A DNA stretch of 35,409 nucleotides, taken from the NCBI GenBank assembly GCA_964557325.1, contig CAZKZO010000002.1, positions 1 through 35,409 of the forward strand, given 5' to 3'. A program made the translations under genes and the position numbers. Positions 1 through 8,906 of the stretch are shown here, in pieces (the stretch's first letter is position 1; each line of letters begins with the position of its first letter). The DNA is from Candidatus Woesearchaeota archaeon (GTDB lineage Archaea; Nanobdellota; Nanobdellia; Pacearchaeales; GW2011-AR1). The notes below the pieces were generated by a model. That model searched no databases. It was not told where the DNA came from and saw only the letters and a list, made by a program, of their open reading frames with translations.

Positions 1-112
1 TTTAGTGATTCTGTCTTTTTTATCCATTACAGTTAAAAGAATTGTATTTTTTTAAATTTATTGAAACAGAAAATTTAAATAGAATTAATGCCTTGATTTG
101 ATATAAAAGAGA

Positions 113-880
113 ATGAAAAAGATATTTATTATCCTTGTAGTAATGTGTGTTTTTTTAGTTAGTGCTGGGATTTTGGTTGCATCTGAAGAAAATAATGTTG
201 GAGAAATACTTGAGAAAGTTGTTGGAAAAAATGTTTCTGTTCAGGCTAAAGCTTATATTGGAGAGTTTATTGAAAAAAGAGGAATTTCTGAGGATAAGGT
301 AAAAGATGTTAAAAAAGTTGATTTTAATGAATTGCCAAAAGAAGTAAATATTGAAAATATTAATGAAGCAAATTTAGATATTCATGAAGTAAGTTATGAC
401 AATCAAGGTAAAGATGAAAAAGTTTTTGTTATAAGTTATTCTGTTGATAAATTAAAAGCACAAGGTGATTTGATTGTGGCGCATGATAAAAGACAATTTT
501 TGAACTTTGGACATATTGGAATAATGAATGATTCTGGTTTTCTTACTACAGCTACAAATGTAGAGACAAGTAATTATAAAGGATATATAATGATGAGAAA
601 AGGGAGTATTACAGGAATTTCTACAAATTTAGAAGTTATTGGAAATAGCATTGAAAATCCAGGGAAAATAGAAATTATTATTCTTAAAAACGGAGAGCAA
701 ATAAGTTTTGGAAATACTATAAGTACAGATTCAGAAGGTGTGAAAAAAGATTATGATGTTCAGTCTAAAGGAGTTGTAGAGTTTGAGCAAGGTGATGTGA
801 TTTCTGCTTATGCTCACTTAGGTTCTGGTGTTGTTGTAAGAGATGTAATCAATTTAATTGAGATTACTACTGTAAATTAA
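113..880 (+). CDS. hypothetical secreted or membrane-anchored protein
   Basis: 255-aa ORF. The N-terminus MKKIFIILVVMCVFLVSAGILVA looks like a signal peptide or anchor. No catalytic motif recognised. Confidence 0.5.
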   Translation: MKKIFIILVVMCVFLVSAGILVASEENNVGEILEKVVGKNVSVQAKAYIGEFIEKRGISEDKVKDVKKVDFNELPKEVNIENINEANLDIHEVSYDNQGKDEKVFVISYSVDKLKAQGDLIVAHDKRQFLNFGHIGIMNDSGFLTTATNVETSNYKGYIMMRKGSITGISTNLEVIGNSIENPGKIEIIILKNGEQISFGNTISTDSEGVKKDYDVQSKGVVEFEQGDVISAYAHLGSGVVVRDVINLIEITTVN

Positions 881-940
881 TTCTTAAAAATTATATTGCA
901 TTGCCATAAGTTTTTTAAAGACAAATGTTTTTTATAATCT

Positions 941-1246
941 ATGGCAAATAAAACAAAATGGATTATAGGTCTTTTGGTTTTGGCTGTTGTAATTTTAGGA
1001 GGAATTGTGATTTATGGATATGCTGTAGCTCCTGCTTTAACAGGATATGTTGTGGATAAGCAAACAGAAGGTTATCAATTTGCTATAGCAAGTCTTATGC
1101 AGACTGCAATAAACAATCCTTGTCAGCCTGTTCCATTACAATTTGGAAATCAAACTGTTTATCTTGTGAATGTAGAATGTCCTGCATTAGGGATAAATAT
1201 GGATCAAACTGAAACAGTAGAACAAGAAACACTGACTTCAGAATAA
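941..1246 (+). CDS. small membrane-anchored hypothetical protein
   Basis: 101-aa ORF with one N-terminal hydrophobic helix (WIIGLLVLAVVILGGIVIYGYAV). It lies between two other surface-protein genes on the same strand. Confidence 0.45.
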   Translation: MANKTKWIIGLLVLAVVILGGIVIYGYAVAPALTGYVVDKQTEGYQFAIASLMQTAINNPCQPVPLQFGNQTVYLVNVECPALGINMDQTETVEQETLTSE

Positions 1247-1288
1247 TCTTTTAAATAATTTTATAAATAGAGAATTCTTTTTTTAGAA

Positions 1289-2287
1289 ATGGGTAAAAGA
1301 GGTTTATCTGCTGTTGTTACAACTTTGTTAGTTATATTGCTTGCAATAGTAGCAATTGGTATTGTATGGGTTGTTATTCGTAATGTGGTTTCTCAAGGTT
1401 CAGAAGATATTGCTCTTGAAAAATTTACACTTGATATTGCAATAAAATATGCTTATGTAGATGGAGATAATATTAAGGTAGGTATAAGAAGAAGTGCAGG
1501 AGAAGGAACTCTTTCTGGGTTAAAGTTTGTGTTTAAGAATTCTTCAACAAGTGTAAGTGTTGAAAAAGATTCATCTTTAGGACAGCTTGAGGAAGGAGTT
1601 TATACATTTAGTTCATCAGAAGTGCCAGGGATTAATTCTGGCGATGATGTTTCTGTTGCACCTATTTATGTTTCTTCAAGCGGAAGCAAGCAGACATTAG
1701 ATATTACAGATACTGAAGAGATTTCAAGTCAAGCTCCACCCATTATTATTGGGGGTGAAGGTGACCAAGGAGATGGAACTAATGATTCTGGTGATGGAAG
1801 TGGTGATGAAACTGTTTGCGGAAATGGGATTTGTGAGACAGGTGAAGATGCATTAAGTTGTCCTGATGATTGTTCAAGTTCTTCAGATTCTTGTAATAGT
1901 ACTTGGGATGGAGATGCAGAAGATTCAGGTGTTGAATGTGATGGGGGAACAAATTGTGAGGCAGATTGCACTTGTCCAACAGGATTTACAGCAGATGGTG
2001 CAGGAGGTTGTGATTTAAATCCTGCAATTAATACAGGAACTATTTTCTCTGTATGGCCTTCAGGAGCTGTGAAATATTTTGACAGTGAAGATTTGCCTGT
2101 AGATGTTTCAGGTTATATTGGCAATTATGTAAACTTTACTAGTGCTGGTGAAAACGGGTGCTTCCAAATAACTTATGCAGAATACCTTGAAGTTAATGGA
2201 AGAAGTTATTTGAGAACAGAGTTTATTATAAATGTAACTGCTGGCGAAACCTATTATGTATGGGAAGCACAGAATTGTGGGTTGTGA
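1289..2287 (+). CDS. archaeal type IV pilin-like protein (class III signal peptide) with Cys-rich and acidic middle region
   Basis: The N-terminus MGKRG/LSAVVTTLLVILLAIVAIGIVWVV fits the archaeal prepilin pattern: [KR]G followed by a hydrophobic helix. The central region is D/G/S-rich with many Cys (CGNGICETGEDALSCPDDC...). Confidence 0.55.
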   Translation: MGKRGLSAVVTTLLVILLAIVAIGIVWVVIRNVVSQGSEDIALEKFTLDIAIKYAYVDGDNIKVGIRRSAGEGTLSGLKFVFKNSSTSVSVEKDSSLGQLEEGVYTFSSSEVPGINSGDDVSVAPIYVSSSGSKQTLDITDTEEISSQAPPIIIGGEGDQGDGTNDSGDGSGDETVCGNGICETGEDALSCPDDCSSSSDSCNSTWDGDAEDSGVECDGGTNCEADCTCPTGFTADGAGGCDLNPAINTGTIFSVWPSGAVKYFDSEDLPVDVSGYIGNYVNFTSAGENGCFQITYAEYLEVNGRSYLRTEFIINVTAGETYYVWEAQNCGL

Positions 2288-2333
2288 GAAAGTTTTAAAT
2301 ATATTCTTTAGTTTTTTCAATTAGTTACTTACA

Positions 2334-3809
2334 ATGGCTTATAAGAAATACATAAAAAAAGATGGTAAAATTTACGGTCCTTATATTTATCATAGTAAAA
2401 GAGTTGATGGGAAAGTTGTTTCAGAATACAGGGGAAGCAAGAAAAAATTAAATATAAATTTTCTTTGGATTTTTTTAGGAGTGTGTGTTTTAATTGCAGC
2501 TTTTTATGTTTCCTTTAATAAACCTGTTTTAACAGGAGAGTCTGTTCTTGATTTGAATGCTGATTATAAAGAAGGAGAAATTTTAGAAGGTAAGATGAGT
2601 ATTTTTATTAATAAAGGAGAATTAATTCCTGTTAATTCAAGTATTATTTTTTTATCTAAGGAGAGCACTTATAAATATGATTTGGAAAACCTGGTTTTAG
2701 AGCCTTTTAATGAAGGCGATTATTATGTTGAAGGAACATCTATTTCAGGAAAAGGAGAAGGATATGGTTTTCCTGGAGAAAAAATAGTTTATCCTGAAAT
2801 TGAATTTACTTTGTTGGTTTTGTCTGAAAAAAGTATTGTTCCTGAAGAAGAAGAGAACAATACATCTAATTTTTCTGAAAAGACAACTTTACCTGAGAAT
2901 AACACTTCTAATAATAAGAGCGAAACATCTGGTAATGAGAATAAAACATCTGAAAAAATAAATTCAGCTTCTACAAATAAAACCAATACAAATAATACAG
3001 GAATTTTGTCAAACTTTTTTTTGGGTTTAACACCAACTGGAAATTCTGTTTTAAATGAAAAAGAATTTAAGGCAAGTGTTTCAAAAAATAATCCTTTTGA
3101 ATTTGAATTAAGTAATGGAGAAACTGTTGAAATAAAGCCAAGAAGTATTAAAACTTCTTCTGGAAAAAAAGTTTCTAAAGATGAATTATTTTTGGAAATT
3201 CAAAATGGCAAGGTTATTGTTACAACTAATTATTCTGAAAAAGAACAGGGTTTTGGAGAAGAATATCTTGGTGAGGAATTAAAAGAAATTTCTTTAGATA
3301 TTTCTAAACTAAATCTTTTGTTAGATAAAGGAAGGTTAAATGTTAGTATAAATTATAATGAAAATGAGATTGTTTCTCTTTCAACTGTTCTTGAGCCTGG
3401 TAAGATTTCTTCAAATAAAACTATTAACAATAAGAGTTTAAATGCAAATGAAATCTTAAATAAAACTCCTCAATTTGATGCAGATGTTTCCAAAAATATC
3501 TCTCAAACTGATATTTTGATTGAGGAAATTAATCTTTCACAATCTGAAAAAGAAATTTTAGAAGAGGAGTTTGGGAATTTATCTCTTGAAGTTGATAAGG
3601 CTTTTACTAGAAATGGTTTTTTAACTGTTAGGTATTCTATTGGAAATTATTGGATTGAGCACACTTATGATGCTGATTTGGAAAGTAAAACACTTGAGTT
3701 CTTAATGAAAGAAGATAGAATTAAATGGCTTAAAGATATAGCCAACTCTCTTTCTAGCGAGCAGAAATCTGAACAAGAAGTTTCTTTACCAAATGAATTT
3801 AATTATTAG
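2334..3809 (+). CDS. membrane-anchored surface protein, N/S/T/K-rich
   Basis: 491-aa ORF. A basic N-terminal segment (MAYKKYIKKDGKIYGPYIYHSKR) is followed by a TM helix (FLWIFLGVCVLIAAFYVSF) and a long low-complexity ectodomain with many N-x-S/T sequons. Confidence 0.5.
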   Translation: MAYKKYIKKDGKIYGPYIYHSKRVDGKVVSEYRGSKKKLNINFLWIFLGVCVLIAAFYVSFNKPVLTGESVLDLNADYKEGEILEGKMSIFINKGELIPVNSSIIFLSKESTYKYDLENLVLEPFNEGDYYVEGTSISGKGEGYGFPGEKIVYPEIEFTLLVLSEKSIVPEEEENNTSNFSEKTTLPENNTSNNKSETSGNENKTSEKINSASTNKTNTNNTGILSNFFLGLTPTGNSVLNEKEFKASVSKNNPFEFELSNGETVEIKPRSIKTSSGKKVSKDELFLEIQNGKVIVTTNYSEKEQGFGEEYLGEELKEISLDISKLNLLLDKGRLNVSINYNENEIVSLSTVLEPGKISSNKTINNKSLNANEILNKTPQFDADVSKNISQTDILIEEINLSQSEKEILEEEFGNLSLEVDKAFTRNGFLTVRYSIGNYWIEHTYDADLESKTLEFLMKEDRIKWLKDIANSLSSEQKSEQEVSLPNEFNY

Positions 3810-3816
3810 AAATTTT

Positions 3817-4485
3817 TTAACTCATCTTTTTAATGATGAATTTTGATTTATCTGAAATAATTGCAGAAATAATTAAATCTCCAACAGCTGCTTTGAAAAA
3901 TCCTTCTTCAAAAGGTATTTTGGCTTTTTCTGAAAAATTTCTTATTATAGATTTTATTTCATTTTCATTTAAAATAATAGGGGTTGTTTTTCTTCCCATG
4001 TGTCCCTTGACTATTATTTTTTGGTTTTTTCCTTGAGATTCAATTACTTTGACAAGAGGGTCTTTGGCAAGAGGATTTAGTTTTTCCAGGTCAATACTTT
4101 CTTTTGAAGGTTTTGGTTTTACATCTTTTACTGTATGAGGCAAATGCATTTCCTCAATTTTTAAAGAGGGTGTTTTTAAAATTTGTTTTCTTTCGAGTTG
4201 GTTAATTAATGGCTGTTTTTTTCTGAAAACTTTTATTGGTTTAACTTCATCTTTTTCTTTTAAATCAGAAATTATGTTTTTGTCTCTTTCAAACTTATAT
4301 TTTACAATGTTTTTAATGTCTTTTTTCTGCTTTTCTGTTTTTTGACTTTCAAGCTTTTCTTGTTTTTTTAAGTCTTTTTTAACTTCATTTTTTATTTTAA
4401 GTTTTAAATAAGTTTCAGTAGATTCCAGAATATGTTTTGTAAACTCTCCTAGAAAAAGAACTCTAAAATCATTACTTTTTAGCAT
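3817..4485 (-). CDS. lysine-rich hypothetical protein
   Basis: 222-aa ORF, K/E-rich with a more ordered C-terminal region (GRKTTPIILNENEIKSIIRNFSEKAKIPFEEGFFKAAVGDLIISAIIS). Function not recognised. Confidence 0.4.
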   Translation of the reverse strand: MLKSNDFRVLFLGEFTKHILESTETYLKLKIKNEVKKDLKKQEKLESQKTEKQKKDIKNIVKYKFERDKNIISDLKEKDEVKPIKVFRKKQPLINQLERKQILKTPSLKIEEMHLPHTVKDVKPKPSKESIDLEKLNPLAKDPLVKVIESQGKNQKIIVKGHMGRKTTPIILNENEIKSIIRNFSEKAKIPFEEGFFKAAVGDLIISAIISDKSKFIIKKMS

Positions 4486-4487
4486 TT

Positions 4488-5138
4488 TTATTTCTGTGAT
4501 TTTTGAGATTGTTGATTTTGTGAAGGTGTTTGACTTTGGTCTTTGTTTTGTTCTATTTCTTTGGTTTTTGAGGAATTTGTTTTTTGCAGAATTTGATTTG
4601 GTTGTTGGTTTTTATTTGATATTTCCATTATAGAAGACCTCATTTGTCCGTGGTCTAAAGGTGTTTTAGAGATTTTTTCAGGAGCATGACCTTTAATAGG
4701 AGAAGGATGTGGTTCAAAATGAGTTGATTTTTCTCCTTGTTTTTCTTCATTAGATTCATGTATTAATGCAACGCCTTTTCCAATTAATCCTGCTTGTTTG
4801 GAAATATTTTCTAGTTTGTCTATAATCTTTTTTAATTCAGGGTCTTTTTCAGATGCAAATTCTTTTTTAGCCATTGCTTTTGCTGAAACCTCAAAAATAT
4901 TCAAAAGCTTGGAGATTTCATCAGATAATTTATCAAATTTTGAAGAAAGATTTACCATAACTTTTTGTAATCCTATAAAGTTTTCTACAAGAGCTTTTTC
5001 AACTTTAATTTCTTTTGTAGAGTGATAATGAACTTCTGTGGGTTTTTTCTTTTTTTTGTTTTTTACTTTTTCTGGTTTTGGGTTTTTAGACTTTGTATTT
5101 TTAGTGTTTTTTTTGGATTTGGTTTTTTTCTTTGCCAT
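4488..5138 (-). CDS. lysine-rich, coiled-coil hypothetical protein
   Basis: 216-aa ORF. It has a poly-K N-terminus, a helical middle and a Q/S/K-rich tail. It starts 2 nt after the stop of the next gene on the same strand, so the two may form an operon. Confidence 0.4.
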   Translation of the reverse strand: MAKKKTKSKKNTKNTKSKNPKPEKVKNKKKKKPTEVHYHSTKEIKVEKALVENFIGLQKVMVNLSSKFDKLSDEISKLLNIFEVSAKAMAKKEFASEKDPELKKIIDKLENISKQAGLIGKGVALIHESNEEKQGEKSTHFEPHPSPIKGHAPEKISKTPLDHGQMRSSIMEISNKNQQPNQILQKTNSSKTKEIEQNKDQSQTPSQNQQSQKSQK

Positions 5139-5412
5139 TTTTATTTGTTATTGCTGTTATTTCAACCAACACTGAAAAAATTAACGCAATTAGAGATAAA
5201 CTAATATCTCCTGCATTAAAACATGCAGTGTTTAGGGTTTTTAATCCTATAAAAGCTATAACTCCAAAATTGATTATTGAAGATAGGATTCTTAATGAAT
5301 CCCTTTAAATTACTCCAAAACCTCTTAAAGCTAAAGCTAATATTATTAGTATGCCTATTATCCAGAGTATGCTTTCTTTATGTTTTTTCCAAAATCCTTT
5401 TTTCTTTGCCAT
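5101..5412 (-). pseudogene. small 3-TM membrane protein interrupted by an in-frame TAA
   Basis: Manual translation of the minus strand gives MAKKKGFWKKHKESILWIIGILIILALALRGFGVI, then TAA at 5305-5307. The same frame continues RDSLRILSSIINFGVIAFIGLKTLNTACFNAGDISLSLIALIFSVLVEITAITNKNGK... with two further hydrophobic helices and no ATG/GTG/TTG start until the distal GTG-TTG (5167-5172). Only the first 35 codons (5305..5412) form an intact ORF. Confidence 0.3.
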
Positions 5413-5490
5413 TTTATTCTCTTTTATTATATTTTAAAAGGAAAGAGTAATTTATAAATCTTGAGATTAATTTGAGAATTTGATAGAGAT

Positions 5491-8004
5491 TTAAAATATA
5501 TCAAGGATTTCATCTTTTTCTTCAGGATTTTCATTTTTTTCAGGCATTGTTGCTCCTGGTATGGTTGGAATATCTATATTATTTGGCCCTCCTCCTGAAG
5601 GTTGTTGAGTTTGCTCTTGTTGCTCCTGATTTTCTTGTGATGGTTGAGTTTGCTCTTCTTGGTTTTCAGTTTCTTCAATAGTTTCTCCATGTTCAAGTTT
5701 ATGCACAAATTCTGCAATATCTGATGCAACATCTGCATTTACACTTATGCTATCAATTTTATTTTCTACAAGAAATTTTACCATTTCTTTTTTTGAGCCT
5801 GCTTGTCCGCAAATACTTGTTTCTACACCATATCTTTTACATACTCTTATTACATATGCAAGCTGATAAAGTATTGCAGGATTTAATTCATTGTAAATAT
5901 GCTGGACTTTTTGATTTCCTCTATCTACTGCTAAAATATATTGTGTTAAATCATTAGTTCCAAATGAAATAAAATCTATTCCTTCTTTGCAAAAGTCTTC
6001 TATAATCTGAATACATGCAGGTGTTTCAACCATTATTCCTATTTTTAAATTTTCAAATCCTATTTCTTTTATTATTTTTTTAGTTGATGTCAACTCTTCA
6101 ATAGAAATAACTTGTGGCATTAAAATTCCTATTTTTTTATCTTTTTGAGAAACTCTTTGAAGTGCTCTTAGTTCTGCTTTAAGAATTTCAGGGTTTTTTA
6201 AGCTGTATCTAATTCCATGCATTCCAAGCATAGGATTTGCTTCTTTTTCTTGAGGTGCTCCTTCTAAGTTTTTGAATTCATCACTTCTTATATCTGAAGT
6301 TCTTACCCAAACTTCTTCAAAATAATCTGATATGCCTTTTATTCCTTTGAAAATTATTTCTTCATAATCTTTCATATTATTGTTTTTTAAAAAATATTCT
6401 GGATGTTTTCCTGATTCAGCAATTATTCCTTCAATTCTTGTTAAACCCACTTTATCTAATTTGGTTTTGGCAGCTCTTTCAGCATAACTTGGCAAATCAA
6501 CTATAACTTTTATTTCTGTTTCAGTTTTAGTTTCTACTGGCTTTATTTCTTTTTTAGTGGATTCTGCAACTTTTCCTTTAAATATTTCTCCTGTAAATCC
6601 ATTAACAGTTATTATTTCGCCTTCTTTTAGAGTTGTTGTAGCTGTTTGTGTGCCTACTATAGCTGGTATACCCATTTCTCTTGAAACTATTGCTGCGTGA
6701 GCTGTTAAACCACCTTCATCTGTAACTATTGCTGCAGATTTTTGCATACTGACCACCATATCTGGATTTGTCATAGAAGTTACAAGTATATCTCCTTTGT
6801 TTATTTTATGCAGGTCTTTTAAATCAAGGATAACTTTAATCTTTCCAGAGCCAATTCCTGGAGATGCTGCAAGTCCTTTTAAGATAACTTCTCCTTTAGT
6901 TTGTTTGGCTTCAGAAAATCGATTTTTCAGAGTTGTAATAGGTCTTGTTTGAACAATATAAATTTCATTATTTTCAATTGCAAATTCTATATCTTGAGGT
7001 TTTTTATAATGCTCTTCAAGTTTTATTCCTGTTTCAGCTAACTGTTTTATTTCAGATTCTTTGAGAACCTGTTGTTTTGATTTTTCAGGATTAAGTTTTA
7101 CTACAGATTTATTTCCTCCAGAATCTCTTGTAATTGCTATTTTTTTATTGTTAATTTGTTTATCTGAAAGTTTGATATCTTTTGAAACCACATATCTGTC
7201 AGGGGTAATTTTTCCTGAAACTATCCCTTCTCCTAATCCAAAAACTGCTTCTATAACTATATTATCATTATCTTGTGCAGGGTCTTTTGAAAATATAACT
7301 CCTGATTTATCAGCGTCAATCATTTTTTGAACAATTACTGCAAGTTTTGATTCTTCATGTTTAAATCCTTTTTTTTGCCTGTAATAAGTTGCTCTTGGAG
7401 TGAATAAAGATGAAATGCATTTTTTTATGTATTTTAATAAATTATCTTTTCCTTTTATATTAAGATATGTTTCTTGTTGTCCTGCAAAGCTTGCATCTGC
7501 GAGGTCTTCTGTTGTAGCTGAAGAACGCACAGCAACAAATATATCTTCTGCAGATTTTTTTAATAAGTCGTGTGCAGATTTATCTTTTAATAGGGAATTT
7601 CCTGAACTCAAAGTTTCATAAGATTCAATAATTTCTTCCTGCATTTCTTTAGGAAATTCTGATTGTTCTATTGTTTTTCTTACTTCTGTTGTCACTTTGT
7701 TTAATTGTGAAGTGTCTTCATAGTTTAAGTTGTCAAGCATTTGGTGTATTTTTTTGTCAATACCTGCTTTTTTTATAAAATAAGTATATGCTTCTGCTGT
7801 AACTACAAAACCAGGAGGGACTTGTATTTTTTGATTGTAGATTTCTGCAAGATTAGCTCCTTTTCCACCTGCTGTTTTTCCTGAATTTTTATTTAATTCA
7901 GGAAACCATTTCACAAAATCTGGTTTTTTAATGTTTTCAGAATGAGATTTAACAGTTTCCTGTTTTTGCATATTTTTTTCCTGAACCTCTTTTGTATAAG
8001 ACAT
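5491..8004 (-). CDS. ppsA: phosphoenolpyruvate synthase (pyruvate, water dikinase)
   Basis: 837 aa. Motifs seen: N-terminal ATP-grasp region (GGKGANLAE), phosphohistidine swivel motif GGLTAHAAIVSREMGIPAIVG, and C-terminal PEP-utilising TIM-barrel motifs (GTNDLTQY, CGQAGS). An additional Q/E/P-rich tail of about 65 aa follows. Confidence 0.9.
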   Translation of the reverse strand: MSYTKEVQEKNMQKQETVKSHSENIKKPDFVKWFPELNKNSGKTAGGKGANLAEIYNQKIQVPPGFVVTAEAYTYFIKKAGIDKKIHQMLDNLNYEDTSQLNKVTTEVRKTIEQSEFPKEMQEEIIESYETLSSGNSLLKDKSAHDLLKKSAEDIFVAVRSSATTEDLADASFAGQQETYLNIKGKDNLLKYIKKCISSLFTPRATYYRQKKGFKHEESKLAVIVQKMIDADKSGVIFSKDPAQDNDNIVIEAVFGLGEGIVSGKITPDRYVVSKDIKLSDKQINNKKIAITRDSGGNKSVVKLNPEKSKQQVLKESEIKQLAETGIKLEEHYKKPQDIEFAIENNEIYIVQTRPITTLKNRFSEAKQTKGEVILKGLAASPGIGSGKIKVILDLKDLHKINKGDILVTSMTNPDMVVSMQKSAAIVTDEGGLTAHAAIVSREMGIPAIVGTQTATTTLKEGEIITVNGFTGEIFKGKVAESTKKEIKPVETKTETEIKVIVDLPSYAERAAKTKLDKVGLTRIEGIIAESGKHPEYFLKNNNMKDYEEIIFKGIKGISDYFEEVWVRTSDIRSDEFKNLEGAPQEKEANPMLGMHGIRYSLKNPEILKAELRALQRVSQKDKKIGILMPQVISIEELTSTKKIIKEIGFENLKIGIMVETPACIQIIEDFCKEGIDFISFGTNDLTQYILAVDRGNQKVQHIYNELNPAILYQLAYVIRVCKRYGVETSICGQAGSKKEMVKFLVENKIDSISVNADVASDIAEFVHKLEHGETIEETENQEEQTQPSQENQEQQEQTQQPSGGGPNNIDIPTIPGATMPEKNENPEEKDEILDIF

Positions 8005-8123
8005 ATCATATAAAAATGAAATTACTTAATAAAGGTTTTTGTTAGTTTTAAATATAAATTTTTTCTTTCTTTTGAAAAACTTTTTCAATATAAATTTATA
8101 AACTCTTTTTTCTTTTGGTTTTT

Positions 8124-8906
8124 ATGGGTTTTATAAGAGGTGCTTTAGTTTTAGTGGTTTTGATATTGCTTTTAGTATCTTTATTAAGCATGAATGTTCT
8201 TTTTGTTGCAAGTTCTTCTTTGAAATATGAAAATGTTGAATCTAGTTTAAAATCTTTTTTTAATTCACAAAATTTCCAGTCAGTAGCAGGTGATTTTGCA
8301 GGAAGTGATATTAATTTGACAGAGAACGAGGAAAAGTTTTTAGAAGAAGCTGAAAAATACTGTGAAAATAATTCAGAATATATTTTTAGTTATGAAGGAC
8401 AAAATATAGTTATTGATTGTGATGATGTTCAGCAGGGAACTCAGGGCATAATTAATAAAACTGTGGAAAATTTAACAAAGCAAATTTATTATAAAGATTA
8501 TGAGTGTGATTTTTGGGATTGTTTTGAAAAAGAAGAAACTCCTTTGTTTTTAATTTCAGAAAAAGCTAAAGATTATTGGACAGGGAAATTATATCTTGCT
8601 TTGATAATTTCTTTGGTTTTAATCATAGGGTTGTTTTTCTCTGTAAAAAATAAGAAAAATTTTCCAATTATCTTAGGAGGAGTAATTATTTTTGCTTCAT
8701 TACCTTTGCTTGCTGCTGAATCTTTGATATCTTTTCCAGGAGGTTCTGTTTATGGATTGTTGAATTCTATTTTAACTAATCTAAATCTTGTGTTTTGGGC
8801 AAGTTTGGTTATTGGACTTGCTTTAGTTGGTTTAGGAATTGCATGGAAAATATGGGGTTTAAAATTTTTAGATAACTTACTTAATAGAAAAAGAGTTAAT
8901 AATTAA
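8124..8906 (+). CDS. polytopic membrane protein, hypothetical
   Basis: The ORF track begins at TTG 8115; the first ATG is at 8124. It has an N-terminal TM helix, a Cys-containing ectodomain and 3-4 C-terminal TM helices. Confidence 0.5.
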   Translation: MGFIRGALVLVVLILLLVSLLSMNVLFVASSSLKYENVESSLKSFFNSQNFQSVAGDFAGSDINLTENEEKFLEEAEKYCENNSEYIFSYEGQNIVIDCDDVQQGTQGIINKTVENLTKQIYYKDYECDFWDCFEKEETPLFLISEKAKDYWTGKLYLALIISLVLIIGLFFSVKNKKNFPIILGGVIIFASLPLLAAESLISFPGGSVYGLLNSILTNLNLVFWASLVIGLALVGLGIAWKIWGLKFLDNLLNRKRVNN

